Origin: Emiliania huxleyi CCMP1516
Taxonomy: Eukaryota
Assembly: GCF_000372725.1 (NCBI RefSeq)
Contig: NW_005201192.1
Coordinates: forward strand, 124,001-188,000
DNA: 64,000 nucleotides
Direction: 5' to 3'
Position numbers and translations under genes: made by a program. The notes under the pieces were generated by a model. That model searched no databases, was not told the DNA's origin, and saw only the letters and a list, made by a program, of their open reading frames with translations. The first letter of the stretch is position 1. Each line of letters starts with the position of its first letter. Shown here piece by piece: positions 1-12,041 of the stretch.

Positions 1-546
1 AAGTTCAAGCGACACATCGAATTCCTCGCGACTCGGGAGGGTAAAGGGGGCACGCTCCCCCACCTACGGGGGGTCGTTTCCTTCTGACGCGACGAGCGAG
101 GCAACAAAGAGAGAGGCCGTAGAACTCACCCACAAAACCACCTATACTAATTTCTCATTCACCTTTTTGGTCTGTGCTAGACGTTTCGCCCCGTGCCCGT
201 GAGCGTGTGTGTGTCGCCCCACACGCCCCGCCTTTTACTACCATGTACCATCTGCCAACGCGCCATGCAACGCGCAACGGCCTTTTTTACTGACTCTCTG
301 TGCACACTCGAACCCTCGCACCTAATGTGCGCGCCATAGGCTGTCCAGTCGCAGTCGTTCGGGGTGACTTGTGTGCATGCACAACATGACATGTACATGT
401 ACATGTGTATTTTTTGCAGGGCGAGGAACAAGATCCTGCACACCATGCGCACACTCGAGAGAGAGCGTCCGGCCTCACGTGCTCTGAGATGAGCTCTATT
501 TCAGATTCACAATATGTTCCGGTCCACAATGTGAGAGACTGTGTCC

Positions 547-1061
547 TTAGAGCTGCTCCATATCGTCGTCGTCAAGGAACGCTTCGCAATCTGCGCCGCG
601 CTTGGAAACCTCTGAGTTCCTCGGTATGCTCGCCTCCTTGAGCTTCTTCGAGGTCAGCGTCGAAGTGAGCACGCCGATGCGAATCTCGAGCTGTTTTGTC
701 TCGGTGCGCAGCTGCGTAAGGGCCGTCTTCACCTTGAGCAGCGGCTTTGTGTCCGTCATCGACGCACCTCGGGTGTCCATCTGCGCCTTCACTTTGGCGA
801 GATCCTCCGAGACGGACTGAAGATCACTGGTCAGCGCGTTGATCGTGTCAGCATTCTTGTTGTACTCCTCCATGCGAGCCCTCAGCTCATCCTTTCTCTC
901 TGCATAGCGCGCGACCGCGTCGGCGCATTGGGTGTTGACCTTCTGCTCGGCGTTTTGAATGGCCTGCAAAGTCCGCGCGAGATCCTCCGCAAGCCGCTCG
1001 AGCGTCGCGGCCGTCTCCGGCGCGAGCGCCTGCAGCTTCGCCTGGTGCGACTTTGTGTTGA
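547..1061 (-). pseudogene. IFT57: IFT57/HIPPI intraflagellar transport protein, C-terminal coiled-coil part only (5' truncated or upstream exons missing)
   Basis: QMDTRGASMTDTKPLLKVKTALTQLRTETKQLEIRIGVL resembles the IFT57 C-terminus (E-GSSMTDGAPLVKIKQ...MDIRIG). The frame stays open upstream to about 1061 with no ATG before the recognisable region. Confidence 0.75.
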
Positions 1062-1316
1062 CTAGAGCCCCAGCCTACTCCGCGTGAACTCTCGAGGGAT
1101 CTCGAGTTGCTCCCAGCTGCTCGGTGTACGAACTCTGTTCACAGCCTTGTTATTGAGAAGAAAATACGTCGTATGGCGCTGTGCGCTGGTCTGTGAGAGG
1201 TTGAGGTGCGAGCCCTGGAGGCCCTGGGGATGGGGGGAGACTACCCGCGGGCCTAGATGGCCGCGCGCATTCACACCGAGCAGCGAGGAGTGACTGCGGC
1301 ACAGCAGAGGAGATTC

Positions 1317-2207
1317 ATGTTCGTGGTGGCGCTTTCTGGCGTGCTGCTGGCGTCGGCCGGCCACGTCGTCCGCCTGTCGGTTCGCGCACGCCACGCAGTA
1401 CCATCCTCCCACATCCGGGCGTCCGAAGCGCCTGAGAAACGTCGGATCCCTGAGCCTCTGGTGGAGTGGGGCATGACCGAAGAGCTGTACTCAAAGCTGT
1501 CGCACAACTACCGGCGCAACTTCATAAAGCTCATGAAGCGTGGCGACGAGGAGATGGCGCGCAGCAAAATTACCAGACTTCGCGGGTACCTCTGCAGCGA
1601 CGCCGACGCGGACGCGACTCCCGCTGCTGCCGCCAGCGTCGCCGACGCACCTCCTGAGCAGCCACCGGCGACGGCAGCGCCACCGCCATCGCCACCGCCA
1701 CCAGCGGCGCCACGAGCGTCGCCCACGCCAGCGCCCTCGGCTGCAGCGGCTGAGGCTTTGGAGGCCTCGGCGGTGCTACAGGCAGAGCTTGCATCTGCGA
1801 GGCGCAAGCTGGCGGCAGCCGATGCGGCAGCGGCTGCGGCGGCCGAAGTGGTGGCTGAGGCGGAGCTTGTCCGAGCGGAGGCGGCCCAGGAGGTGCAGCG
1901 GGTGGAGGCGGCAGCGGCGGCGGCTGCAGCGGCCGAGGCGGCGGCGGCGGCCGAGGCGGCGGCGGCGGCCGAGGCGGCGGCGGTGGAATCGAAGGAGGAG
2001 GCGGAGGCGGAGGCGGAGGCGGAGCAAGAGGCAGCCAGCGCGGCGGCGGCGCAGAGTCTGCACGTGGAGGTTGCTTGCCCGGAGACGCTGCCTCTTTCGC
2101 GCGCGATGCGGCTGCGTTTGCCCGACGGCCGCGAGTTCGACATCAGCGTGCCGGAGGGCATCAGCGCGGGCGAGACCTTCACGGTGGGGCCAATCCCTCC
2201 GGCGTGA
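1317..2207 (+). CDS. Hypothetical protein with signal peptide, Ala/Glu-rich coiled region and small C-terminal beta domain
   Basis: Hydrophobic N-terminus MFVVALSGVLLASAG; coding-like GC3; C-terminal LPDGREFDISVPEGISAGETF. Confidence 0.6.
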   Translation: MFVVALSGVLLASAGHVVRLSVRARHAVPSSHIRASEAPEKRRIPEPLVEWGMTEELYSKLSHNYRRNFIKLMKRGDEEMARSKITRLRGYLCSDADADATPAAAASVADAPPEQPPATAAPPPSPPPPAAPRASPTPAPSAAAAEALEASAVLQAELASARRKLAAADAAAAAAAEVVAEAELVRAEAAQEVQRVEAAAAAAAAAEAAAAAEAAAAAEAAAVESKEEAEAEAEAEQEAASAAAAQSLHVEVACPETLPLSRAMRLRLPDGREFDISVPEGISAGETFTVGPIPPA

Positions 2208-2662
2208 GTGGCTATCGGCGCGACGTGCCGCATCCCGGCTCTCTCTCTGAGTCTGAGCCACGCGACCCCGAGTCGTGTTCAAGACATGAATGTCCACACT
2301 GGAGGTGTAGTTGTGTTGGCGTCGCCGGGTGCGGGGGGGGCACCTTTAGCTAAGTCTTTAGCTATTACAGGCGCACGATGTGTGTGCCATCTCGGTCTGC
2401 GCGCTCAGTCTGCGCGCACACTCTCTTGCCTTCAGGAGACGCGGAGGGGGCCCTCACTCACTCTGCACACGTTTTTTACACCGGCTACCCCCGACACCCC
2501 ACATTTTGTACCCTGGAGTAGCCTGCTGGTCCCGCGCATGCACTGCTGAGTCATGACGCGGCGCGCCGTCAGCCGACACGTCGCTGCCTTCAGTCAGCCT
2601 TGCGGGCGTCCCCGGCGCTTGTGAGCCATGTGCGCGTGCCGGTGCTCGCGAGGCCCCGCAAC

Positions 2663-3091
2663 CTACCGTGATGCCCAAAGAGCGAGGACTAGCTCGGCTG
2701 CCTCGTGAAGCGCAACAAATCGCCCGCCGGCGTGAGCCGACGTGGCACGGTCGCGCACACTGGCCACGCGAGCCATCAGCGATGCATCCTCATCAGATGA
2801 GCGGCTGTGCAGCAGCGCGTGCAGGAGCTGAAGAAAGCTCGGGTGGGCGTCGCCCGCGGCGTCTGAAGCGAGCCGGCAGAGCGCGGCGCGATCGCCGCGC
2901 TGCCGCCACGCATCCAGGTCTTCGCTGCTCGCAGACTCGAGCCAGTGCCGCCGTTGTTGCAGCGCATCGGCGGCTGTCGCAAGGCGCTTGTTGATGTGCT
3001 CGTCCATGTGCTCGTCCGAGAACATTTCTACCTGCCGACGCTTCAACGTGCCGACGATGTTGTTAACGTTCTCGACGGCCATGTTCTCCAT
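2663..3091 (-). CDS. Hypothetical protein (142 aa)
   Basis: ATG at 3091 downstream of an AT-rich promoter-like tract; natural composition (MENMAVENVNNIVGTLKRR...). Confidence 0.5.
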   Translation of the reverse strand: MENMAVENVNNIVGTLKRRQVEMFSDEHMDEHINKRLATAADALQQRRHWLESASSEDLDAWRQRGDRAALCRLASDAAGDAHPSFLQLLHALLHSRSSDEDASLMARVASVRDRATSAHAGGRFVALHEAAELVLALWASR

Positions 3092-4814
3092 CGCGGCTGG
3101 GGGCGGCGGCTGCGCAGCGTGCGTGCGTGCGGCGTGCGTGTCAGGCAGGAGGGCGATGCTGCCAGCCCTCTTCGCCACCGTCGGTGAAAAGGCAGTGGTA
3201 AGCGCCCGCGAAACAGTGCACGAAAAAAGAATTTTCGCGCGAATAGAACATATAAGAGAGAAGCGGGGTTTTAAAAACAAGAACCGGAAAGAACAAGGAA
3301 AAGAAATCGTGGGGGGGGCTGTGACCCCAAAGGGGTGCGTGTGTGTGGCAAACAACTAAGCCCAGCCACCAACCACCCGCCAGCGACGAAACAAAACAAA
3401 ACAAAACAAAATTGTATACAAAAAGAATTGCGGCGACGAGAATTTTACATACAAGGTGAAAAACAATTTTACCGGGCTGACGCGCAACAGCCAACACTGG
3501 GCACAGCCCACAGGACTGGCAGGGCGCAACCCACTGGCACACTAGGTACAGCGGGAAAAAGAAAAGAATTCAGCGGGTTAGTATGGTGATCCGCCTCCAC
3601 TCTTGTGTTGCTCGCTCCGCCCGGGCGGAGGGCATGGCCGCGGAGGAGGCGAGTGAGCGCTTGCGCCTTGCCAGGCCTCGTTCCGCAGACAGTGGGGGAA
3701 AATTAATAAGTGGCCCCGCGAGCTGGTGGGAATAGGACCGCCGCAAGCGGCGTGGCATGGGGCGGTTGAGCATCCCTCTGGGGGCCCCTCTGCGCCGGGG
3801 AGGCGTTGTTGGAGGCTAGGACGCAAGCGTCCGTCGCCCTTTTCAAACTCGGGGCCCACTCCGCTGCGCTCCGACCCGAATTCGGAGGGCCATGAAATTT
3901 AAGGTGTTGCTGCGCAAAAGGGGCGGGGCGCGGGCGCGCGCGGCAGGCCGAGAGCTCTTTTTGGAGACCAGACCTTTCGATGGTTCATGCTTTCTATGTC
4001 TATCTATCATGCTTCATGACACGACACGCGGTGGTGGGAGCTGGTGGAGCTGTCAGCTGATCGATCCAAGATGGTGGGGAGTGGGGGGCATGGCTGGGCA
4101 TGCAGGTCCGCCAGTCGGCCCGGCCTCTGACGTGGTGCTGCCGCTGCATTCGCTGAAGAAGAGAGGTGCGACGGCTTGATTTGGAGGCACTGGAGGCGAT
4201 GGCGCTAGCGAAGGGAGGTTGGGCCGGGCCGTGAGGGGCTGATGGCGCTGGCCAGCGCGGGGTGTGAGATGCCGTCGTCGTCGTATACTGCTGGCCCTCG
4301 CCCTCAGTTGCCAGGGCTGTGGGCTGCAGAATTGGCGTCTGTGGCGTCTACGCAGGCTCTCTGCAGCGTGATGGCTGGCGGGACTGCGAGGCCGGCGGCA
4401 GCGGAAGGAGAGGCTGGGCACGAGCCAGGAACAGGCTGGCCAGTCCGCAGGTGGCTGCGCTCGGGCGAGCGCGCGCGCACATGGCAGGCCGAGCAGGCTC
4501 GGCATGTATGGTGAACCCCCCGATGTCGCGATGGCGGTCCCGCTTTTCCGCGATCATTTCGTCCGTCCAACCGAAGGAAGCGCCGGATCGCCCATGTTTA
4601 GCGTTTACCAAACTTGAACCGACGTTCTTTTCGGCTCTGAGATTCCGTTTTCGCCCGGTATATTCGGATTTTCGCTATTTGGTCGTGTGGGTGTGAATCC
4701 CGGGATTAGTCAATGGTACCGCGTCGGCGACGCGGGCGCCTTGCGGGCAGAGCCCTTAGCCACCCAATAAAAGTCTTGCGCGGTGCGCGGTCAAAACACG
4801 GAAAACTCGAAGTG

Positions 4815-4866
4815 CTCCCCGGCCCTGTGGATGTGAGGCTACCGACTGCACTCCAAGTGCTCCAAA
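4815..4866 (+). repeat. 3'-terminal fragment of repeat family C with (CTCCAAGTG) tail
   Basis: CTCCCCGGCCCTG..GATGTGAGG.TAC.GACTGCACTCCAAGTGCTCCAA also occurs at about 15692-15740 and inverted at 28482-28529. Confidence 0.7.
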
Positions 4867-4884
4867 ACGTGCGAGGCTTCACGC

Positions 4885-5971
4885 TTAGGTCCCTCCTTCG
4901 GCGAGCGCCGCCGGAGCCGCTTCGCTCGGCGGCCTGCCGTCCGGCGACGCGGCGGGCGAGGGCGGCTCCGCGACGGGCTCCACGGTGATCTCGTGCTTGA
5001 GGAAGCGGCCGAGGCGAGGAGCAGCTGGACGCAGCCATCTCGCTGCGACGGGAGGGATGGCTGCGTCAGCCGCAGCCACCTGGGCAGCGCGGGGAGGCGG
5101 CGGGAGGGGAGGCGACGGGCTTGGTCTAGGGCCGCGGCGCCTCCCAGAAGCCGTCGAAGACGAGCGATCGGCCGTTGGAGAGGCGGAGCTCGAGCGAGTT
5201 GTCCGAGGCCTGGGACCAGTGCAGGAACCGGGCGTGGCGGACGGCCTCGAGCTCGATGAGTGGCAGGGCGAACATGGCGGACTGGTCGTAGGAGAGGAAG
5301 CAGACGTGCGCCGGCGTGAGGATGAGGTGGCCGGTGCGGCTCTGGTGCGAGACGCGGAATGTGTGCAGCGCCTCCTCGTCGGCGGGGAGAGCGAAGAGGG
5401 CTCTGAGCGCCTCCGCCATCGGCAAGCCGGTGCCGACGTGGCTCGCGCGTCGCGAGTCGTTGAACTCTGAGAATCGCGCCTGCATCACCGGCACGCCCTC
5501 CCTCGCCACTCCTCCCGCTGCGAAGAGGTCGTCGGTGTGGACGCCGATCGAGACGACCCAGTCGTGCTGCAGCGCCTCTGCTGCGGTCATGCGGCGCGCC
5601 GGGTCGACGGCGAGGAGGCGGCCGAGAAAGTCGCGCGCGGAGGAGGAGATGCCCTCCCAGTACTTGTGCGGGAAGCGGTACGAGCCGGCTCGCACGCGCG
5701 CGTTCATCTCTGCGTCCGTCTGGCCGAAGAAGGGCGGCGAGGCGGAGAGGAGGATGTAGACGACGACGCCGACGGACCAGAGGTCGCAGGCGGTCGAGTA
5801 CTGCGACAGCGCGGCGCGGCTCGTCTCGCGCGACAGCACCTCGGGAGCGACGTACCCCGGCGTGCCGCAGCGCAGCGTCTTCCTCAGGCCGTCGGGCGCG
5901 AGCGCGACGATCCGCGAGAGGCCAAAGTCGGTCAGCTTGAGCTCTGCGCCGGGCGCGTCGGAGGCGAGGAG

Positions 5972-6004
<33 letters not shown>

Positions 6005-6579
6005 CTTCCGGTCGTGCAGGTAGAGGACGGCGTTGAGAAGCTTGAAGGTGAAGTACCGCGCGTCCTCCTCGGTGTACCTGCCGAGCTGCACGATCCGGTC
6101 AAAGAGCTCGCCGCCGGTGACCTCCTCCATTACGAGGTAGACCTTCACCTCGCTCTCAAAGATCTGCGGACGGGCGTGGGAACGACGGGTGGCCCTGGCG
6201 AGGCGTCGAAGCTCTCCGCGCGAGAGCGCACCTCGAAGAGACGGACGATGTTTGGATGCTGGACCGAGCGCAGGATCTCGACCTCGGCGCGAATCATGTC
6301 GCGACGCTCGGCTGAGCGCGAGAGCGGCTTCCTCACCACCTTGATGGCAACGGTGTCGCCGGCCGCCAGCCGGCAATGCGGCGTCGCGCACCTGCACGTC
6401 GCTCGGATCACCTTTGCAAAATTGCCCGTGCCGAGCGTGTCTCCAAAGGCGTAGTGAGCGTGAACAGAGGCGGTGCCCTCGCCGAACAGCGGTGGATTCG
6501 ACGACGACGACGCCGCTTCTCCGTCGACAGACGTGGCCCTGGAGCGCGGCGAGCCGACGGAGGAGGGTGCTGGCTGCAT
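4885..6579 (-). CDS. CaMK-family Ser/Thr kinase with C-terminal GRAM/PH-like domain; exons about 6579-6232, 6163-5141, 5079-4885
   Basis: GTGNFAKV, VAIK, HRDLKPEN, DFG, CGTPGYVAPE, DLWSVG; GT-AG intron 6164-6231; probable GC-AG intron 5080-5140. Confidence 0.85.
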
Positions 6580-7099
6580 GGGAAATGTCGAAAAAACAGG
6601 CGAATTGGATTATGCTTGGGGCGGACAGCATGACGGGTAGTTAGGGTAGGTCTGGGCCCTCCGTCGGGTTTTCCCCTCTCTTCACGCTGGAATTTTCACA
6701 GAAGAAAAAGAATTATGCGGGGTGTGAGGCTGCCAACGAGGAACGAGAGAAGAATATAGGGTGGATAAAGCGCCTGTTCACGGCATGGAGGGTGAGCCAC
6801 ACCGAACGTACCGAGCGAAGGGCCGAGCGGAAGGAGGACGGGGAAGATGACTCGGAGGAGGACGAACCAGTGGAAATTCAGTTGTCAGATGTCACGGATG
6901 CATCCGAAGGGGACCCCAGCGCCGGCATCATCCGTAGAGGCACGAGTGTTCGAAGAGAGAGTGGACCTGAGCAACAACATGACGTGTAGGCAAATGATCG
7001 GAGTGGGAGTCAGAAATGTGGTCCTTGCGCGAGGGGAGCTTGATAGACTCGAGGGGCCAGGATACGCCGCGAGGAGGACGGAGTTGCGCAAGGCGAAAG

Positions 7100-7495
7100 A
7101 AGCCGCGAGAACAAGGGACCGGCAGGCGGCGGCGTCGCAGGACGAGGCAGAAGAGAACGACGCGACAGAGGAGGAAGTGACAAGGGAGAGACCGACGAGA
7201 GTGGGACGGCCGCGAGGTGGCATGAAGGTTGCAGCGAGAAGCGGCGAGAGACTGCGAAAAGAGATACGAAGAGGCAGACTCCCCAGGGTGGGCGACGGCT
7301 AGCGCACCACACTCCTCTCCTTAAAATCCCTGTGTGGTGGCGGCGTGCCGTTCTCCCATCCCTCCCTTGGGTTGTGTGTTTTCTTTCTTTCTTTCTGCAC
7401 TCCAAGTCCGCTCCAAGTGCCAGTTCAGGTGGAATTCCGAATTTTCGCATCGTGGGATTTCCATCCCTCCCTTGGGTTGTTTTTCTTTCTTTCTT
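7100..7495 (+). mobile_element. Retroposon (LINE/SINE-like) 3' fragment, family A, with (TTTC)n tail and duplicated tail
   Basis: Near-identical to the reverse complement of 28250-28481 and 29384-29500, and to 41671-41722; the copies share one end at the (TTTC)n tail and differ at the 5' end. Confidence 0.7.
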
Positions 7496-7652
7496 CGCGG
7501 GGTGGGGGTGGGGGTGGCGGCACAAAACTCTCTCGCACGCTGGGCACGGGACTGGCGCGCACTGGCACTAACACAGGTACACCACGGGAGCCGCCTAAGC
7601 GCTGCTCACTAGATCCGTTAAACGCCCGAATGGAGGGGGTAGGGGGTATGTA

Positions 7653-8130
7653 CGTTCGGGCTTATTTTAAGATGAGGTAAACAGCAATAGATCCCCCTGA
7701 AGCGGCCTAACTAATCGATACCCAGCCCTCACGGAATCGGTCCCTCGTTGTACAGCAATCGATCCTTCACAGTGCCCGTCCTGCCAAACTTGCCGAGAAT
7801 CGGTCCCCCACCCACCCAGGTCACCTGTGGCGCGAAGCTCATGTCTCCCGCCCTCGGCGCGCCGACCGCGCAGCGGCGGCAGACCACCCTCAGGTTCGAG
7901 GGGCGCCTGGGGCTGAGCGGGCTGCCTCCGCCAGAGTTTGGCTCGCCCACCCGCGGGCTGTCACCCTGCCACGGGTCGCAAGCCCTCTGCCGGCCGGAGC
8001 GCCGGCTGCGCAGGCTTCCAGCAATTGGTCCCTTGGCAAGCGCGAATCGGTCCCCCTGGCTCCAGGAACTGATCCGGCACTGCACCCGGATCTATTGCTG
8101 TTTACCTCATTTAAAATAAGTACCCGACGG
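7653..8130. mobile_element. MITE with ~42-bp TIRs and TA flanks (Tc1/mariner-like)
   Basis: CGTTCGGGCTTATTTTAAGATGAGGTAAACAGCAATAGATCC (7653-7694) is inverted at 8088-8130; TA on both sides. Confidence 0.8.
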
Positions 8131-8212
8131 TATGTATGTATGTATGTAGGAAGGTGAAGAACAGCCAGGCTCGGACTGGACACCAACGCGGTATGGGTGG
8201 ACGCTGGACAGA
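8131..8212 (-). repeat. Retroposon 3' end, family D, with 4-bp repeat tail
   Basis: AAGGTGAAGAACAGCCAGGCTCGGACTGGACACCAACGCGGTATGGGTGGACGCT recurs at 15819-15874, next to (TATG)n here and (TAGG)n there. Confidence 0.7.
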
Positions 8213-8550
8213 TGATGACGGCACGCACGAGCGACACACACAGACACAAAAACAGGCTCACTAGGGGGTCTGCACAGGAAGTGTTGTCAGCGCGCGGGTA
8301 TGGCGTGGGTGCCGTGAGGGTGGGCATGCGCGTGCAACATCAATCGCCAGCAGCGTACCGGTAGCTGCGGGCGGAGGAGCGGGCAGGATGCACCATGCAC
8401 CACGAGCCACGAGGCAGCTGCGCTTTGACGCTACAGAATGGGAGAGTCCGATGGCTGGGCTTGTCGCCGGGCGAGCTAGCCCCTCAGCCGGCCGCGGAGG
8501 TGCTCCCCTCCTACCCCCTCTGCGCGACTAACCAGGGTTTTTAGAAGCCG

Positions 8551-11500
8551 ATGATCGCCTCCCACACGGCCGCGCTATACACCGCAGTCCACCGAGCCCT
8601 CACCGCCGACCTGCCAGAGCTGCTCCGCCTCGCCGCCGATGCCCTTGCCACGGTGCCAGCACCGCCTGACCTCGCCGGATGGTCCGAGCTAACACGGGAG
8701 GAGCTCTTTCGTCTTGCGCCCGTCTGCGGCTCCCTCGTCGTCCTCTTGTTTGGACTCCCTGCCTGTGTGCTGTGCGAGCCGCGAATTGGCAGGACCGGCG
8801 AATACTGGCTCACCCGCGTCGCCCTGCTCCGCGGCATCGGCCTTCTTTACGTCTTCGCCTTTGCTTCGAGCGCGATGCAAGGACGGGCGCTGTTCGGTGC
8901 GAGAGGGCTCTTCGCACCCGCGACCGGCTCTTCGGGACCAACGCCGGCCCTGGACCTGCTTGCCGGCGCCGGCGTGGGCTCAGCCGACGCGCGCGTCGAG
9001 CTCGCCTCCCTGTGTGGGCTGCTGCTCTCTCTCCTCCTCGCCTTCGGAGGGCCTCGCTTCGCGCTGTGGGCGCCGCTGCCCGCCAGCCTCTGGCTTCTGC
9101 ACCTCTCCCTCGTCAACAACGCCTCGCGCCTCCTCCCGGCCCACAGCTGGGAGTGGGCCGCGCTGGAGCTCGGCTTCCTCGCCATCTTCCTCGCGCCCGA
9201 GTGGCCTCCTTCGACGCTGTACCCGCGGCTGCTCCCGCCCCCCTCCGCGGTGCTCCTCCTCTTCCGGTGGCACCTCTTCCGCCTCCTGCTCGGCGCCGGC
9301 CTCTCCCGGCTCGCCGACCACTCCCCCTCCTGCTGGCGGCGCCTCGACTGCGCCGCGGCGCACCACGAGACGCAGCCGATGCCGACGCCCCTCGCCTGGC
9401 TGCTGCACGGGATGCCTGCGAGGTGGCGCGCGGCAGAGGCGGCCGTCTCTCTCGCCGCGCTGATCCTCGCCCCCTTCGCGGCGCTGCTGCCGTCGCGCGC
9501 CGCGCGCCTCGCGACCTTCTGGATCGAGGCTGGCGTCCAGGCTGGCGCCCCAGCGCGCCTCGCCCCTCCCAGCTCCTCCTCCACCAACCACCACCCCTCC
9601 AACACCTCTCCCCGTGCCCGGCCCTCGCAGGTGGGCTCGATGGCGAGCGGCAACGTTGGATTCGCCAACTGGGCCGCCCTCGTCCCCGCCCTCGCCCTCC
9701 TCGACGACGCCGCCCTCGCGCCCTTCTTCGGCGCCGCAGCGGCGGACGCCGCCGCCGCCGCCGCCGCACAGGCGGCCGCGCTCACCGCCGCGCCGCCGCC
9801 GCCGAGGCCGAAGCCGCCAGCTTCGGCAGCCACTGCTGCCTCCACCGCATCCACCTCCATGGCCGGTCCGAGGCGGCGCCGAGGTGGCGGCGCCGGGCCG
9901 GCGGCGGCGGGCGGCGGCGGGGCGCTGCGAGCGTGCCGGCGCGGCGCGTGCGTTGCCTACCGGCGCGGCCGCGCAGCAGTGCAGGCTTGCCTCCTCGGCC
10001 TCGTCTGCGTCAAGTCGCTCTCTCCGCTGGCTGCGCTCTTCTCGCCCGCGCCGCAGCCGCAGCACTACGACCGCTGGTTCCTGGTCAACGCCTATAGCGG
10101 CAGCTTTGGCGGCGACGCGGTCCGCTCGGGGAGAGGGCAGCTGCGGCCGTCCTCGAGGCGGCCCCCTCCCCCTGACCAGCCCGGCGCCCCTCGGCAGGTG
10201 CACGCGCATCGAGTCACCCTCGCCCTCGACTACTCGAACGACCCCCTCCTCGAGCAGGAGCCGCTCCGCGCCGCGCTCGCGCCGCACCAGCCCGCGCCCC
10301 GCTGCACGGACCAGCCCGGCCCGGTCGGCAAGGACGAGAGGGGCGCCTCGTACACTTGCGCGCAGCTCGCGCGGGCGAGCGCGTGCAGCACCGACAAGCT
10401 GCGCGCGACGTGCCCGCTCGCCTGCGGCGTGCCGCGCTGCGACGGCAGGGTCGCCCTGCCCGACGCCCTCGTGGCGCGCGTCGGGGCGGGTGACGACTAC
10501 GGCCGTGACGCGCTCGGCCGCAAGACGGAGGGCGGAGAGGTGCGGTGGTCGCCGCTCAGCTTCGCTAACCTGCCCGGCGAGCTGCGCGCCGCTCCCCGCT
10601 GGAGCTCGCCGCTGCACCACCGCTTGTCGTGGGAGGCAGCTGCTGCGAGCGGAGCAAGGGGGGGCGGGGGGGGCGCCGGTCTCCAACCCCTCCCCCCGCC
10701 GCTGGCAGGTCTGGTCCGCAGTCGCGGCGCGTCTCGAGTCGGTCGGCGAGGCGGCGAGCGGGGCGGGCGGCGAGCCGCCGCCACTCGTCGAGCTGCAGCT
10801 GCCCGGCTTCGTGCTCGAGCTCGTCCGCAGGCTGCTCGACGGCGACGCGGACGCGGTGCAGCTGCTCGCGACGCGGGCGCGCGGCGCGCTGCGGCGCCCG
10901 CGGCGGAACTCGAGCGTGCGGGGGCGGGCCTACGGCGTGGTGGGTCCAGCCGCCATTCGCGCGCGGCTGTGGGTCTATCGCTTCTCCTCCCTGGCCGCGC
11001 TCTTGCAGCGCGGGGAGTGGTGGGAGCGCGAACCGCTCTCGTCGCCCGCCATCTACAGCCGCCGCCCCCGCCCTCGCAGCCCCGCGGCGGCGAAGGCGTC
11101 GGCCACGGCGGGGACGGAGCAGGCAGCCACAGAGGAGCCGCCGCCGCTGCCTCCGAGGGCCTTGCCGTGGGTGCGGCAGCGGCTTCTCCAGCTCTCCACC
11201 GTCGGCGCGGCGGTGGCCATCGACGGAGTGGTGCACTCCACGGCGCCGCTCCTCATGGCTGCCGCGCTCGCCCTGTACTCCACGCTGCTCCTCCTCGCCG
11301 GCGTGGCAGACTACGGCGGCGTCGACGCGGTCGCAGCGCCGGCTCTCGCACGGATGGGCGCCTCCGCCGCCCACATCGGCGCAGCCATCGGCGCCCTCGA
11401 CGTCTCGTCGCCCGAGCGGTGCGTCGCGGCAGTCTGGAAGCTCGTCGCTACAGCCGCCGTCGTCGCGACGACGTGTCTCCTCTGGGCGGTGGGCTGCAGC

Positions 11501-11611
11501 TCGGGCACCTGGAGGGCGGCGATAGTCGCGCAGCTGCGCTTGCCGCCTCGTCAGATGGCGGCGCTGGTGCTGCTACCCGTGCTGATAGGCTGGCATGCAT
11601 GGTCGGGCTGA
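8551..11611 (+). CDS. Lipase maturation factor (LMF)-like membrane protein, multi-exon, with an inserted Cys-rich ShK-like module
   Basis: WEWAALELGFLAIFL, FRLLLGAG, HETQPMPTPLAW, SGNVGFANW, LVNAY, SPLHHRLSW, IRARLWVYRFS...GEWWERE are degenerate LMF1/2 motifs spread over frames joined by introns. Confidence 0.75.
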
Positions 11612-12041
11612 CGCGAGCGAACTGCAGCTCGAGGTCGAGCTCCGATGAATTTTCATCGGAGCAGACGGAGGGAATTTGTGTGCTGACTCACGTGTCCGCG
11701 GTCCTCCTCTGTACGGCGGCTCTACTACCGACGCCCCCGCGAGTCCCCTGCCGTGTCTGGGAGAGGATTGGACCGAATGTATTTGTTTCTAGCCGATGCC
11801 GTGGAAGATGTAATCCACGCCCACACCACATGGAAGATACTAGCGCTCATGCAAATCAACACACACCCGCGCACACGTCGGTGTCACCGTAACGGAAACG
11901 GTGTGTGTGCCGCGCGCCAACGGTACACGACTCACGAGGCGCAGGAGAGAGGAGTCATGCTGGGGACATACACATGCAGGAGACTCGGGCCTGGACCCGC
12001 GCGGCCCTGAAAGGGCCTGCGCTCTCATTCATGCGGCTCGC

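Noticed and set aside
1..87. Possible 3' end of a plus-strand gene
   Set aside because: 28 codons is too short to support a call
8551..11892. 1113-aa single-ORF protein
   Set aside because: It reads through introns and leaves the LMF frame; the true C-terminus is in another frame ending at 11611
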